Assembly (NCBI RefSeq): GCF_037042905.1
Contig: NC_087252.1
Span: 2,172,001-2,232,000, forward strand
Length of the DNA: 60,000 bases
Source of the DNA: Lytechinus pictus
Lineage: Eukaryota
Direction of reading: 5' to 3'
This document shows, piece by piece, positions 25,634-40,100 of this stretch (positions are counted from its first letter, which is position 1; every line of letters starts with the position of its first letter). The notes beneath the pieces are model-generated. The model made no database searches and was not told where the DNA came from. It saw only the letters and a program-made list of their open reading frames with translations. The position numbers and the translations under genes were made by a program.

Positions 25634-28600
25634 ATATACATCATGTATGGGTTTACATGTCAGTATTTGATAAATGCCTGAATTTTGTGAACGGGTTTGT
25701 TTAAAGAAATGTATGCTTGAAAACTGCCTTGCTGTTATAAACCATATACTCCATATTTGCTTTTACTCGTCAGTATTTGAAGAATGTCAAATTTTGCGAA
25801 GGGGTTTGTTTAAAAAAAAATACATGAATGTTTTAATTTTAACACGATTTATATACACTGTAAATTGTATGATAAGGCCGGGCCATAAATAACTTCATAA
25901 ATCTTCTTATATTTTGCCCCGGTTTACATTAACCAAATTCATTAAGTGACAACCCGATTTATAACATTACTATACATCTATCAGTAGTATTGACTTTTTT
26001 AATCGGTGTCTCTGTAGAGTCCAGTGTAGAAAAAAATAAAGAAATTAACCTCTGTGATCGTTTTTTCGTTTCGCGAAGTTGTATTTTTTTATCGAGTATT
26101 ACCTTGAGTGAATGAGATAGCATCTTTGTGATGAAACTACACATTATATTCATTATTTTGTGATGTAATATATTCCAATAAATTCTGATAAAATGTGCAC
26201 TATGACACATGGCCCTGTGAAGCAGGGATGCTAGAGGTGATGAAACATCCCACGTTTTGCCTCAGGGGTGCTGCGTGTATTATTCTCCATAGGCAGCATC
26301 CCCCTGGAATTCTGGTTGGTGTTAGAAAAAGGAGAAATACGACCAAAATTGCCCTTATTTTTTAGTTTAACTTTTTTTTTTGCTGAAATTCATCTTGACC
26401 AGATGAAACCGTCATTGATCTGTTTTGAAAACTGTTTTTTTTTTCCTTTTCAAATTTACTTCGGCACCCCCAAGTAAAAAAATATTTCCTAGGGCACTGC
26501 TATGACACGTTATTCATCGTTTCCTCTCTCTCCGAATAGGGCATAACCGTGCTTTATGTTTGTTACAGTAAGAGGTTTACCTTTCGATATATTGCTCAAA
26601 TTTGTTTAAAGGGAGGAAAAATTTTGTCATATTTTGTCTCAAATCGTTGTTGAAATTACAACTCCAATTGCTAACTTTTTGCCACATGAATCTCTACAGA
26701 TATTGCCTTGTACGTCACACATTGAAAATAACATCAATCATTCTTTCATATTTCTTTAAGTGACGCATTACTTACTCCATCATGCAATGACTCACGACAG
26801 TTCGCCAAGAGTTTACTTTTGATAATTAATTCTCGGTAATTTCAGTGTTGATGAGGGCCGACAAGGTTTTTTAAGGTTCATTTAGGTCGACGGTATATTG
26901 TCTTTTGTTTGATACCGGCTACTGTACAGCAGGTAGAGGGAGGGTTATATGGTAGGGTGTCTTTAGTGCAAAACAACATGTGAAGTGTTTTGTCCCAAAA
27001 TCCACTATTGATATTTTTCTGTAAATCAAGTTTTTTTTTAATTCACCACTTTCCCTTAACCACTGCTGTTTTATTTTGATATAGATGATATTACTACCAT
27101 CTTAAATTAATCAAATCATGATTTCACAAATCTAGCATTCATTATCAATTTTTAAAGAATTTTTGAAATTTTATTTTTCATGGATTAAGCTCCTTTGTGA
27201 ACAAAACCCTAGTAAAATGTCAATTTTTGCCAATTTATACATGCTTCATATTTGAAATTGTACTCGAAACACATAAATTTGGCTAGCAGAGTACATTTCA
27301 CATCTTTTTTATGTTTATCCATTGAAAATTACAAAAATAAAAAAATACGATATTTTGTCAATTTTTCTATAAAGGACGGTGACTTTTCGATTTCTAATTT
27401 CAAAAGGAGCTAAATACAAAAATATTGATAAAAATTGTAAAATTCTATCATTTTTAACAGAATGTGCACGGATGGTGTGAACTTGTATCCAAAACATGTA
27501 AGTAAAAAATTGAATGCTTAACTTTATGTAAAATTTGAAAAAATAACCAACTTTAAGTAACCGCATAGTAGATTTAGCTCATTTTGGAACAAAACTCAAA
27601 TTTGCAATCAATTTTTACCAAACTTTCCATTTTTTTTCTTCAAATGCGATATTTTGCATTTGATTCCCACGTCTATATTTGTATCAAAATATCAATTTTG
27701 GTCAAAAGTGGATTTAGCTCCTTTTGGAATCCAGCATTTCATGTATTATATATTAAACACAAATAAAATTCAAATCACGTACAACCAAATTCAATACTTT
27801 CCTATCTTTATATCGATTGATATTGCAAACAAAAATGCATGATTTTCAAATAATCATAACTAATTATTAATAACATTCCCTTGGGAAAACTGTGCACAGT
27901 ATTGCAGTGCACAAGATACATGCTCATTAAAGGGAGACTTTGTGAATAAAATGCACAGAATCCTCGCTCTCTCTATTATCCCAATACATCATTCACGCTG
28001 ATATATAAGCCTACTGCTGGTATGTCATTGAAAATACCTAATACATTATCTTGGTGGTGTGGGGCCCGTACTCAAAGCCTAACAAACGTCTCAGAATGAG
28101 CGTAATACAAAGTCATATGTAAGTGTTAAACACACACACACACACACACACACACACCATCACACACACACCCTCTCACACTCACCCTAACCTACACACA
28201 GGCACACAACCCCGGCCACACCATGAAGACATGAACGCACAATTCAACAGTTGAGTATGCTGTCACGTTGCGTGTATCGTTATGGGAAATGTGCAAATGT
28301 GTAATCAGATGTACATTTTGCATTTTTTGTTTTGATGTGAAAATGACTTTTTTCTAAATCGGTCTCTCTCACGCTTGTAAAAAAACTTAAAAAAACGATA
28401 GGACGTGAATGTTATTCCGTTAATCGTTCTGTGTTATATTTATCGAATATTGAAAACAAAATTGAAAAAACGTGACCCCCCAGTAACTAGTGTGAAAATT
28501 TGCTGAGCCCGGTAGATCTAGTTTGACGAGAATTTATTTTTATTTGAAATGACAATACATGCTTTAGGTCGAATAATCTTATGTAATTTTGGCGACGAGT

Positions 28601-29382
28601 CGAGGGTAGGGGGATCAATGGTTATGTGGATACGCCATTCGAATCGCGTGTGTTATGATTGCCCATTCTACATGTTTTAAACTAATGTCCAACCATACAT
28701 ATATATAAGTGACATGAAAAACGACTACCCCTATTTTGTACTCCAATTGGTTTGGAGGTAATGTCCATACTCGCTTAGGTTGTTATCTTCAATGAAACCT
28801 TCACTCTAAAGACACGCTTTTCGACCTACCATGTTAAAGATTTATTATAATAGGTGTATAAATGTGTATATATATATATATAGATTTATATATATGTTTA
28901 TATTCTTTGGGGATGCAATTTTGAAATGAATCATTCAGCCTGGAATACAGAATAGGATACATTAAGGGCGCATCGACTTACTGTTAGCAGTAATATATAT
29001 CATCAATTAACAGTATGAATCGACATGTCCATACATATCTGACGAAAACAATATTTTATAACCGCGTAAGCATAGACAATGTCATTTGATTAAACATCAT
29101 TTTAGGAGTTAATTTGTATGACTGTTATACATGAAACATGCAACGTGATGTCAATAAAATATGAGAAAATAAATTATTAACTTTTATCTCTCCTGGGCCG
29201 GCGTGGGTATTAAGTTCAAGTGTCTATATAAATAATAGTGAGTCACAATGATAACGAACTATGATAACAACGATTGGAGTTTTGCATTTCACACATTTTA
29301 GTTTCTTTACATAAGAAAATATGAAATTATAATGTATTTATTTATTTCAGTTTTTTTACGAAGGGTAGCTCTTTCAGTTATA

Positions 29383-30375
29383 CAGTGCGTATAAAAATAA
29401 AGTTTACACTTTGAAAAAGCCCTGGGAATAAAAAAATATACAATAGATGGGTAATTTATTCACATATAATCTTGGGTTGGGTCTCATCTATCCAATATAA
29501 CATGAAAGTAAAAGTTTTGAAAGAATGTTACACTTGAGTGAGCACCATCCATTTTTGTAAAGCTCGCAGAAATCTGTTTGTGCAGAAATGCTGGTTTTCA
29601 CGCTGTGTCAAGGGGAAAGGGTGAAATCAAACTTACCCTGCGAAACATTTCTCATAAAATTCCCTTGCACTTTTAGTCAATTGAAAGAAAACGGATACAT
29701 TCAAGCATTTTGTAACAATTTTGCCACCCAAATTGAAATTTCAACACTAAGTAAGCACAACCTTTACCCTTTTTGTGCCAGCTGGATCTGAGGACTTAAC
29801 TGAATCTGAACAAAACCTTATATCAGACATCTCCAGCATTTTATCACTAAGTTTTTATCATTTAGAATGGGTTTACATTTAATTTTTAATTTAATACTTG
29901 TTTCTCCACACTTCTCCCAAGCTTGACAATGATTAACAAAATGAAAATCAAGCCCAAGTCCTTTCATGTAAATCACAGCTCAGTGTAAAGCAAATATCGT
30001 CACGATGGCCTCGGTGGTTGGGGGAGTGGGATGGGGTGCAATGCACTCTTCGAAGTGTTTTGGGCAAGGAAACAAGTTAAAAAAGGTAAAAAGATATCTT
30101 CAAATCAATTTTACTAGCTAAATTCCACGTGTTCTTCATGATTAAGGTTACTTTTATTTGCATAACTATTTCAAAGTTCTGCGCAAATCATTTTTCACTA
30201 ACTTTTCAAAAGTAAGTGGTGCTCACTCAAGCGGAAATATTTTTCGACAGTTATATCGTCATTTGCTTAAATGGATCTGTACTAATGTTAGAATGTGGAA
30301 AAATCTTCAGGATATTACAAGTGTAAAATTTTACAGGATTTTTTCTAAGTGTAAACTTTTTTTTGATACTCACTG
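29383..30375. mobile_element. Tc1/mariner-type non-autonomous element
   Basis: TA-CAGTGCGTAT...AAGTTTACACTT / AAGTGTAAACTT...ATACTCACTG-TA. Confidence 0.8.
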
Positions 30376-30384
30376 TAGAACTGA

Positions 30385-30770
30385 TTGACAAAGAGGCCCT
30401 GCAACGATAAAAAGAACATATACATATTCTACAATGGACATATAAATAAGATACAATCATACGATGAAATTAACATTAGGAAATGTATGCATGTAAAGTA
30501 AAAAAAAAACATTTTATAACAAAAAGTGGGATGTAAAATAAAGCTTGAACAGCGGAAAGAATTTACACTTAGTTTTGAATACTTGAAGGGATGTTGAATT
30601 TCTAAGATTAGGGGAAAACTTATTCCAGAGGATTTGATATTGAAAGGACTTTTTCATGATTTCAGTTTTGGGTTTGGGAATAAGTAGAGGAGACTTTAGG
30701 ACGTATCTGGTTAGTATCAGGGGAGAACGAAATGATATAAGATTCAAAGGATATAATCATGACGATTGAC
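30385..30770 (-). mobile_element. 3' fragment of an L2/CR1-group LINE
   Basis: LLIPKPKTEIMKKSFQY..LWNKFSPNLRNSTSLQVFKTK resembles the typical C-terminus of L2-group ORF2. Confidence 0.6.
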
Positions 30771-31419
30771 GAATGCCTACCTAACCTAAAAAATCTAAAC
30801 AGGGACTAGCATATATACCCTGGTTTATTTTTTAATACACCACCCCTTTTGGCGAATCATTTACTGCTAGTTTACAATAAAAAATAATGATAATGGACGA
30901 AAATTTAAAAAAGGTTTAGATTCCGATAGCCCCGAATGTACAGGGTATGCCTCTACATGTATTTTTTCCCCGTAGGGGATTGGTAAGGGTGTTGAACATT
31001 TTGTTATTTTTCATTTGTCTGCGAAGAAATATGTATTTTGAAAAAAGTCATACTGGAATATCTGTCCTAAATAATTATCTTCCTAGTCTTCGTGTTGAAA
31101 AAAAAAATCACAAATTGAAGTAAATGGGTTCGTCTTCCTTACATTATTACATTAAGTATAGGCCTACTGTTATTTTGAAGCGGTCTCGATATCATTACCC
31201 CCCCCCCCCACCCCCTTTCGACACACATCGCCCGAGGCCGGAATTGTGTGTCTACACCCATGGAGGCTTCACGTCCCATAGTCACGTAATAGGAGGCATA
31301 CCTTTACCAGATGTATAGGCCAATATTTTATATACATTGTTCAATTGCAACATGCGCGCAGTGAATTAGCTCTAACTATTGTTCGCTATTTCACTTTCAG
31401 TGGTCAAGCCGGCCTAAGT

Positions 31420-32353
31420 TAGCCTCTTGTCGAGGCCCTGGCGGCTGCTTCCCGAGCGAAGCGAGGGATTCCCTAATTCGCGAAGCGAATTAGGCCTGGC
31501 GTGAGCCAGGGCCTCTTGACATCTGAACTGAATTATATATTCATGAGGAACGTCTTCCTAATGAATATACATGAGTCATGATATTACTGGTCACCTAGTA
31601 AACCAATGAAATGTCAGAGCTGTTTCGTTTTGGGTTCGGAATACTATATAGTATAGTAGTCCATTATTCTGCAGGGGATTCATTTAATTGCGGGACACTA
31701 AAGGGGATATAACCTGCAAAATGCTACAAGTAGTGGTACTACTACTACTCACTACTACTACTACTACTGGCCGTAACAGACCCATCACCGCCCCGAAACT
31801 TCCTGGGAGATACTGCTCAGCCGCTGGTCAGACTCGAGTCAACTCCCAGCAACTCCACCCCAGCTTCCCTCACTGCACTGCACAGCGGAGATCGATAACC
31901 GACGCCCCGGTTCGACCGGTGGAATCGCATGAAAGATAACATTTTTTTCCATATCCTGTGGGTAGATTTACAAAATCATCTCGTCCTTTCAGTGCAGAGT
32001 TAATTTTATCGACTTGCAAATCCTTAAATCGGTCAATATTCAGCATTTTAGAGTCATATTCAGCGCTCTTTGATATTTCGTCGTCACTTTTCGCCAAGAA
32101 TCCAAGGGTCGCCATTCAAGATGAGCTCATGAATATTCAATATGACGTCATAGCAGCCCGCACTCTCATTGGATGATTTTCACCGACCAGTTTTTGGTCG
32201 GTGAATTGGTAAAAACAATAAAAAACAAAAGAAAGTCGGTGAAATTCGGGTCAGATGTCCAGAGGCCCTGTCTCGCGCCGCTCTGCTTCGCTCTCTCCCT
32301 TGCTTTGCCATGTTCGCTCGGAAAGCAGCCGACAGGGCCTCGACAAGAGGCTA
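31420..32353 (-). mobile_element. Academ-like (AcademH-type) non-autonomous element with a RecQ-helicase fragment
   Basis: TIR TAGCCTCTTGTCGAGGCCCTG / CAGGGCCTCGACAAGAGGCTA with 8-bp TSD GCCTAAGT. Internal minus-strand peptide FKDLQVDKINSALKGRDDFVNLPTGYGK matches SF2/RecQ motifs 0-I. Confidence 0.75.
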
Positions 32354-34097
32354 GCCTAAGTCCACTCGGGGGTATGCACAAAGCAGTTTTCGGACTGAAG
32401 CCGGCTTGATGCCGGTGTCATAGGCAATTTGGACCGGGCAGGTGATCGGGGCCGGATGTACTAATCGACGGCTCTTTTACCCGCCGATTAGTTCCGAATT
32501 TTGTTGTGTGATGCTATTGTCATAGTCCATTTGTTCCGACCAGGCGATTTGTTCTGATACGCTGTTCATGCACCATTATCACCCCTACAGCAATAATGTG
32601 ATATTCCAGTCGTCCTTTTCAACCAATTGGCTCCTCCATGTAAACCACACCCACAGAACAGATACAGTTGCCGATTTGAGAATCTCAAGTTAGTTAGGGA
32701 GTCGTATTTTTTTGCACTCTTCCAATTAATGAAACATCCGCGGACAGCTGCTGTGTGGAGCCATGAAGCCCTATTCAAGTAGAAATCAAAATGAATGTAT
32801 CAATACAAGAAAACTAAGTCCAACAATAAGGCTGCCAAAAACACAGGGAACTCTCAGTGACACATCATTGAGACACACTACGCGCAATTTTTTTTTTTTT
32901 TTTGGGGGGGGGGTGGGGGCACGGGACCCGGGTAGTCGAAAAAGGAGGAAATATATGAAAATTAAAGGGAGAGAAAAAAACGTATGAAGAAGAGATCGCA
33001 AAACAATGGGGAAAAGTATATGAGAAAGGAAAAAAGGAAGAGGGAACAAGGGGGGAAGGAAAATGAAGGGGAAAAAGAGGGGGAGATGAAATAATAATAT
33101 TAATAAAAGAGCGTGCATGGGCGCGCCCGCGATTTGAACTTTGACCTAGCTAGGAGCAGAAATGATGCTCGACCTTTGGGGTGCTAATTTGATGTTTGAC
33201 CGGGAGCGCATTCATGTGTCACATGGGGGAGGGGGTGGGCAAATTGAACTTAAACTTAGGGGGCATCAACTTGACCCGTTATGAGGGGGCACCAAACTGA
33301 CCTTAAGCTCGAGGGAGGGGGTGCTTTGGCGCGGATCCAGGGGGGTGGGCACACCCGGCTCATGCCTCCCACCCTTTTGAGAGCCACAAAAAGTGGTCGA
33401 AAGTACCGTATATGTGCAAGTGCTAAGCCTCTTTTTAATTTTTGCCTGTCAATTTTTTCTGGACAAAAGTGCCCCCCTGGAAATTCCTGGATCCGCACCT
33501 GGCTGGCATTTAATAACACACATGTAGGCCCTATATATATATTTTATTTAGAAGTGAATGAATGACTCAAACTTGGTCGTATAGCTTCTCATTGGCGGCT
33601 GAAGCCAAAAGAATTAGGGGGGGGTCTATACCTGGAATTTATGGTTGGACATAGGAAACAAAATTGACAAGCAAAACAAAAAAAAGGTGAACAAACAAAA
33701 TTTTAGGGGGACCATAACGATTTTAAACAAATTTAGGGCGGTCCGCCTGAATTTAGGGGGGACGCAGGCTTTCAGCCTCTCCAAAGCGGACTTAGTCCGA
33801 GCCAGGATAAACACAAGGCAGGGGGTGAACACACAAATCGAGCCACTTTCGACGCCAGCTTCAGTATTACCACCCTATTTTTTTTAGGATTCTGTCTAGA
33901 GCTGGCGGCAGGAAGCAAGAGAACCTTTAATCAACGATTGCCAACACAACCTTCATTCCTTGCCTGATAAACTAAACACAAATATTATACTTAGATATAC
34001 CGGCCGACACACATATTATGCAAACAATATGTTAACAAGATAAAAATTAAATCGACAGAGGATTGCCACTTCTGTATAAACAAGTACATCCATAGAA

Positions 34098-34164
34098 ATG
34101 GCGGTTAGAATAATACACCTCACTTTGTGGATCATATCTGCATTTGTTCTCCACTTCTTTTCAG
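34098..34164 (+). CDS. Paralog B exon 1, signal peptide
   Basis: ATG...TCA G|GTATGT encodes MAVRIIHLTLWIISAFVLHFFS(G): a basic n-region plus hydrophobic core. The phase-1 donor joins the Ig exon in frame. Confidence 0.7.
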
Positions 34165-37100
34165 GTATGTAGTGATTTCTTTAGTTTTAGTATTCATACT
34201 ATGAGCTTTGGGATGTCTGGTACAATGCTACGTATAAATCTGTAGTTTGGTTGGATTACCTTGTCAGGCTTACACCTACCCTTACCGATATAGCTTCAGG
34301 ATGACTTATCAACATGTATCAAGGTGTATGTATTTAATTTTGCTTTTGGTTTTTTATTCGCCTTATATACCCTCGATTTGTTTTATTTAGTCCAAACTAT
34401 TCAACAGATGGAGGAATAAGCTCATGGAATAGTGTGATTTGAAGAGCACACCATGTTAGCGTGTAGTAGCACAGTACACTGTTTTTCTTTATCCTGTGCC
34501 TTTAAAATGGAAGTTCACCCTGAAAATAGTTTGTTGTAAAAATATCAGAAAAAAAAATTGGTGAAGATTTGAGAAAAACAAATGAAAGATTAATAAAGTT
34601 ATTAGAATTTAGAGTTTTTGATTTGTGACTTCATATACGAGCAGCTGTCCCATATTTCATGTGATCTAAAATGCATAAATTTCAATTCTCCGTAGATCAT
34701 GATCACAATTTTTTTTCTTTCGGGCACGATAAGAATTAATTTGTTGATATAAGTAAATGTGCATTAAAAACCATTTTCATGTTTGAGAAGAGAGAATTTC
34801 ATTGATTTTGTTTTTCTACAAGATATATGGGGAAGCTCCTCGCAAATGACGTCACAAATGAAAATACAAAATTCTAATAATTTTGGTAATCTTTGATAGA
34901 CATTCTTTAAACCTTCACCAATATATTTTATTATTTTTGTCTGTCTTTCTACATTAAAATTTATTTGATATTTTCCTTTATTAATTGTTACCCGAAGCTT
35001 TGGTATAGTATAGATATATGAACTGCCATAAGAGGCACGGTTGTTTCCACAAGCTCAAATAGTCCAGGATAGAAGGGGTCGAACCTTGTTTTTTTTATAT
35101 ATACAATGTTTTTTTATGGTTTCTTGTCAATTCGAGGGTGCTGATTCCGAATCTGAATGATGCCACTCGTGTAACCTTGAGCATTTTCTGCAAATTGGCA
35201 AAATCCAATATGGCCGCCAAAATATTCAAATTACCCATGAAAATCATAAAATTGTCCACACATTGGCTTTAAAGTACATACAATTGTGCTGCCGGAGTGA
35301 AATAATATCTGAAAAAATGATTTTTGTCAAAATATTTATTTTCTTGATATCAAAATGGCCGCCATCATAGACCCCTGTACAATATGAATGGGGAAAATTA
35401 ATTTTTACAAAATTGAGCACTGAAATGCAAGTAATTATGATCTATGAGTGAAGCAATGTCTGTAAACATGATTGCTAACGATATATATCATTTGTTATGT
35501 CAGTTATGTGATAAATCATGTATATATTCAAAATGGTCTTCAAAAGCCCTAACACTATTATGAACAATGTGAATGGTGACACAAAAAAATCACAAGAGTG
35601 AGCACTAGAATGCATTTTGTTGAGATAAACGAGTGGAATACTGACTAAAAACATTATTGTTAACGAAATTTATTATTTAACATGCCATGTATGTGATAAA
35701 CCCTGTATTTTGATATTTAATATGACCGCCAAAGGCCCTAAAATTATGATCTACGATGTGAGAGAGGACAAAAACAATCACAAGGTGAGCACTAAAACGT
35801 ATTTTTTTGTGGTAAATTAGTGGAATACTGTCTTCAAATATAATTTGCAACGAAATATATTATTCGGGTTTCATATTTGTGTTAAATATTGTATTTTGAC
35901 TTTCAAAATGGCCGCCAAAAGACATTAACTGTATTATGTACAATCGATCTGGGAAACCAATTTTCACATGAGTCAGCACCATAACATGCATATAATTGTG
36001 ATTTAAGAGTAAAATATTGTCTGAAAACATAATTCCTAACAAGATATATCATTCATTCTGCCAGGTAGGTGATAAATAATGTATTTTGAAAGTCAAAATG
36101 GCCGCTACAGGCCCTAACGGTAGGCCTATTATGTACTTTGTGAATGGGAACATATAATTTTAACAGAATTTGGCTTTGCTTGACTAAATGGTGTTGCATG
36201 TATGAGTGAAATATCGTCTGAAAATATGATTTTGTAACCAAATAGATCATTTCTTATGTTATTTAGGTGATAAATGCTATATTTAAATTTCAAAATGGCT
36301 GCAATATGTTTCTTTGTAGAAATTATATTTCCCCATTCAAATTTTACATATTAAGATAAGGCACTATGGCGGCCATTTTTCATTTTTAAAAGGCTGCATT
36401 CATCACCTTTATGACACAAGTTATGATATATTTCGTTAGAAATCATTGGGTTTAGACAATACTTAACACTTACATCAAAATTAAGCCATTTTCATAGTAA
36501 AAATTTTGTCAAAATTATCTGTCCCCAGTAACAATGTACTTTGGGCTATGGCAGCAATTTTGAATTTCAAAGTAAGGCCTTTCTTACCTTCTCAACCATT
36601 ATATGATGTATTTAGTCAGAAATCATGTTCAAGACCAAATTTTACCTATACATCACATAGTTACGTGCGTTTTTGGTTCTCATTCTGGTGATGATTAGTT
36701 TCCCTATACGCATGTTACAGAATTTGTAGGGGCTTGTGCGGCCGTTTTGAAAGTCAAAATACAGTATTTATCACCTATGGGAGAGGAAATGTTATATTTC
36801 ATTAAAAAAATCACGTTTTCAAACAATATTTTCCTTATACAACATAATTATATGGAGTTCATAGTCAGGCAAATTCTAATTCTTTCAAAAGTATTTGTCC
36901 CCATTTACATTGTAGATAATACTGTAAGGGCCCATAGGGGCCATTTTGAATTTTACAATACAGCATTTATCTCATGCATGAAAAATGAAATGATATGTTT
37001 CGCCAGAAATCATGTGTTTAGACAATATTTCACTCGTATAGATTACAATTACATTCATTTTATTGTTTTTACTCTTGTGAAAATTAGTTTCTTAATTCGC

Positions 37101-40100
37101 TTTGTTCATAATACAGATAGGGCCTATGGCAGCCATTTTGAATGTCAACATGCAGCATAATTACCGAAATTGCAAGGGAAATGATATGTTTCGTTAGAAA
37201 TCCTTGTTGTCAGACAGTGTTACACCAATATTTCGCAGTTATTGGCATTTTAAAGTCAAACAAATTCAAAGGTTGTGAAAATTATTTGTCCCCTTTTATA
37301 TATTGTACACAGTATAAGGGGTATATGACAGCCATTTTGAATATCATAATACAGCATTTATCACATTAGAAAGTATACAAATGACATAGTTTTGTTAATA
37401 GTCATGTTTTCAGACAGTAGTCCACTCGTAGGTCACAATCACATGCAATAATAGTGCTCTTGTTTGAAAAAAATATTTTCCCCATTCATATTCTACATAA
37501 TAAAGAATACAGGGGTTATGGCGGCCATTTTCAATATATATCAAATAAATATTTTGTCAAATATCGCTTTTCCAATTGGTATTTCACTTCTGCACAACAA
37601 CTACATGCATTTTATAGCTAATGTGTTGGCAATTTTATGATTTTCATGGGTAATTTGCATATTATGGCGGCCATATTGGATTTTGCCAATTTGCGGAAAA
37701 TGCTCAAGGTAACAAGAGTGGCATCATTCAGATTCGGAATCAGCACCCTCGAATTGACAAGAAACCATCAAAAAACATTGTATATCTAAAAAAACAAGGT
37801 TCGACCCCTTGTCTATGGGGCCTATCCTGGACTAAAAGGGACTGTTGCGCAACTAAACCTTTTACCATTAATACAGGGGTCAAACGATAGAGCGAAATGA
37901 AATAAAACACATAATACTAAAACAAATTAGTGGCTTATAACAGTATAAACGTCTTCTGTGTCACTAAGGGATATATGGTGAGGTTCCTGATGACACTGTC
38001 TACACCGAGTTACACGAAGATGTTAGAATAGGAGAGAGTGTAGTCCTGACATGCCGGTTTCGAGGTTCACCATTGGCTGTCTATTGGAAGAAAGGTGATG
38101 ACCCAAGAAGGGCACCAAACCTTATATCATGGATACCTACTGATAACGTCACTGGTAAATGTGAAGGTCAAAGGCCATGTGAGATCATGGAGATGAATGA
38201 GAATCGTTCCTTGGTCATTAAAGAGGTCAGTATGGCCGAACAAGGTCGATATATCTGCAGAGTTTCCAACTACAAGGGGTACTTAATACACAACTTCACA
38301 GACATCAGACTGTTTTGTAAGTACTTTGATTTCCAAGCTGATCGCTGATCATGTCCTCTGCGTTTTACTGTGTAGTAATAGATTAAAAAGTTTTATAAGT
38401 GCTTATAAATATAAGCGTAAACAGCCCCGTATTCAGAACCCTTCATTAGACCTCCACCAAGGACTAAACCTGAGGGGGGGGGGGGTATTCAGGGCTGGAA
38501 ATCAAATGATTCGACCACATATAGTTGAATAACAAAAATGGGTTAAGAAGGTTAGGATATTTTGAACTCAAGCTGTGTTATTTGGATGAAACAGCCCTAT
38601 GCATTTTTTATTTAAATAATTTTCACTCAAATGGTGTCATGTAGCAATATGAAAAAAGGATTGACTATACTAATTTAACATGTAAAATAACCATTGCGGC
38701 AATTTATTGTTGCATGGGAGATATTTCATATACACGTGTATGAAAATATGAAGTAATCAAGATTTAATGCAATAACATAGTAAAAGTTTAGAGGGGACAC
38801 GGCATCATGGGCCTTTCTATTGCATATGAAGATATGAAATGAAATAAATAAATTCAATCCAATTCATATCCATGACAACGTGAATAAAACGGTTTTAACA
38901 AAAGATTACTAACCTTTAAAATTCAATGACTCTGCTATTAATTTCCATCAGATTTATTTTATATATGTATAGCTGAGCAATGAATAATACATTACAATCT
39001 CTTATATTGTAGCTCCTCCTATGGAACCCTACCCAATCATCAACCAGTGTCAGAGAAAGGAAAGTTCTATGAATTCTACTTCTCCTCCAAAGGGTTGCAG
39101 GATTGCAACCGACACGATTGTAAACATCACATGCTCAGTCTTCGGATTCTACCCATATATCAACCTCTTCTTCCTTCATGGGTTTTCAAAGGTAACCAAC
39201 TTTAAGAGTATTGAGTGGGAAAATGAAGACGGTTCAAAGAATAAGACCATATTAATTGAAGCTAGAGTCAGTGACCTGCCATATGTATGCATTGCGTCAG
39301 ATATACCTGGTTCAAAAGAGGAGAGAGCTGGTGAGATATTCATAGATCCAGTCCCTTCAGATGAGACAACCGCCGCCAATCCCGAGAAGGGTGATGAGAA
39401 AATTGGCACCAATCCCGCGAAGATTGGTAAGCATTAACTAATCAATATGGAAATGCATTATCATGTCTTATTCAATACAAAAACGTATGGTTTTTCTTCG
39501 AATCTCCAGGCACGTGCGTAACAAGTTGAGACAACATTATGACATCGTCAGAAACTATGCTCTCACAATCTCTAAAATGTTGATTGAATTCTGACTGCCT
39601 GTTCCAGCTATTAGCAAACATGACCATTATAGAGTTCGAATTTATTGAACATGTGAATGAAATAAAATGCAAATCATTGGCAAGTTTAATTGGCCGTTAT
39701 ATCACATTCATTGCACTGATTCTTACAAAAAATAAAGACCTGATGTTTAACTTATAATCTAGAACTCCTCGTGATTTTACCATTTTGAACGAGTATGACT
39801 GTGAATTCAAGTTTTTGAAGCATGATATTTAGATATACCGTACTAAATAAGGGCTAGTTATAAATATTATTATGTCCGAAACCTTTTTCCCATAGTGGTA
39901 CCAATCCTACTGATACTTGCAGTCGCCACGATAGGCATGGTACTCTTGTGGCGGAGATCAAGGAAACGGCAGGCCAGACGTAACATTGGTATGCACTGTC
40001 ATTTATTCTGCAAATTGCTGTAATCTCGGTTTATTACCACAATCTTTTAGTAGTCACGACTGTCATACGGATGGGAGGAGGGGATTCTGGCTTCCAAAAT

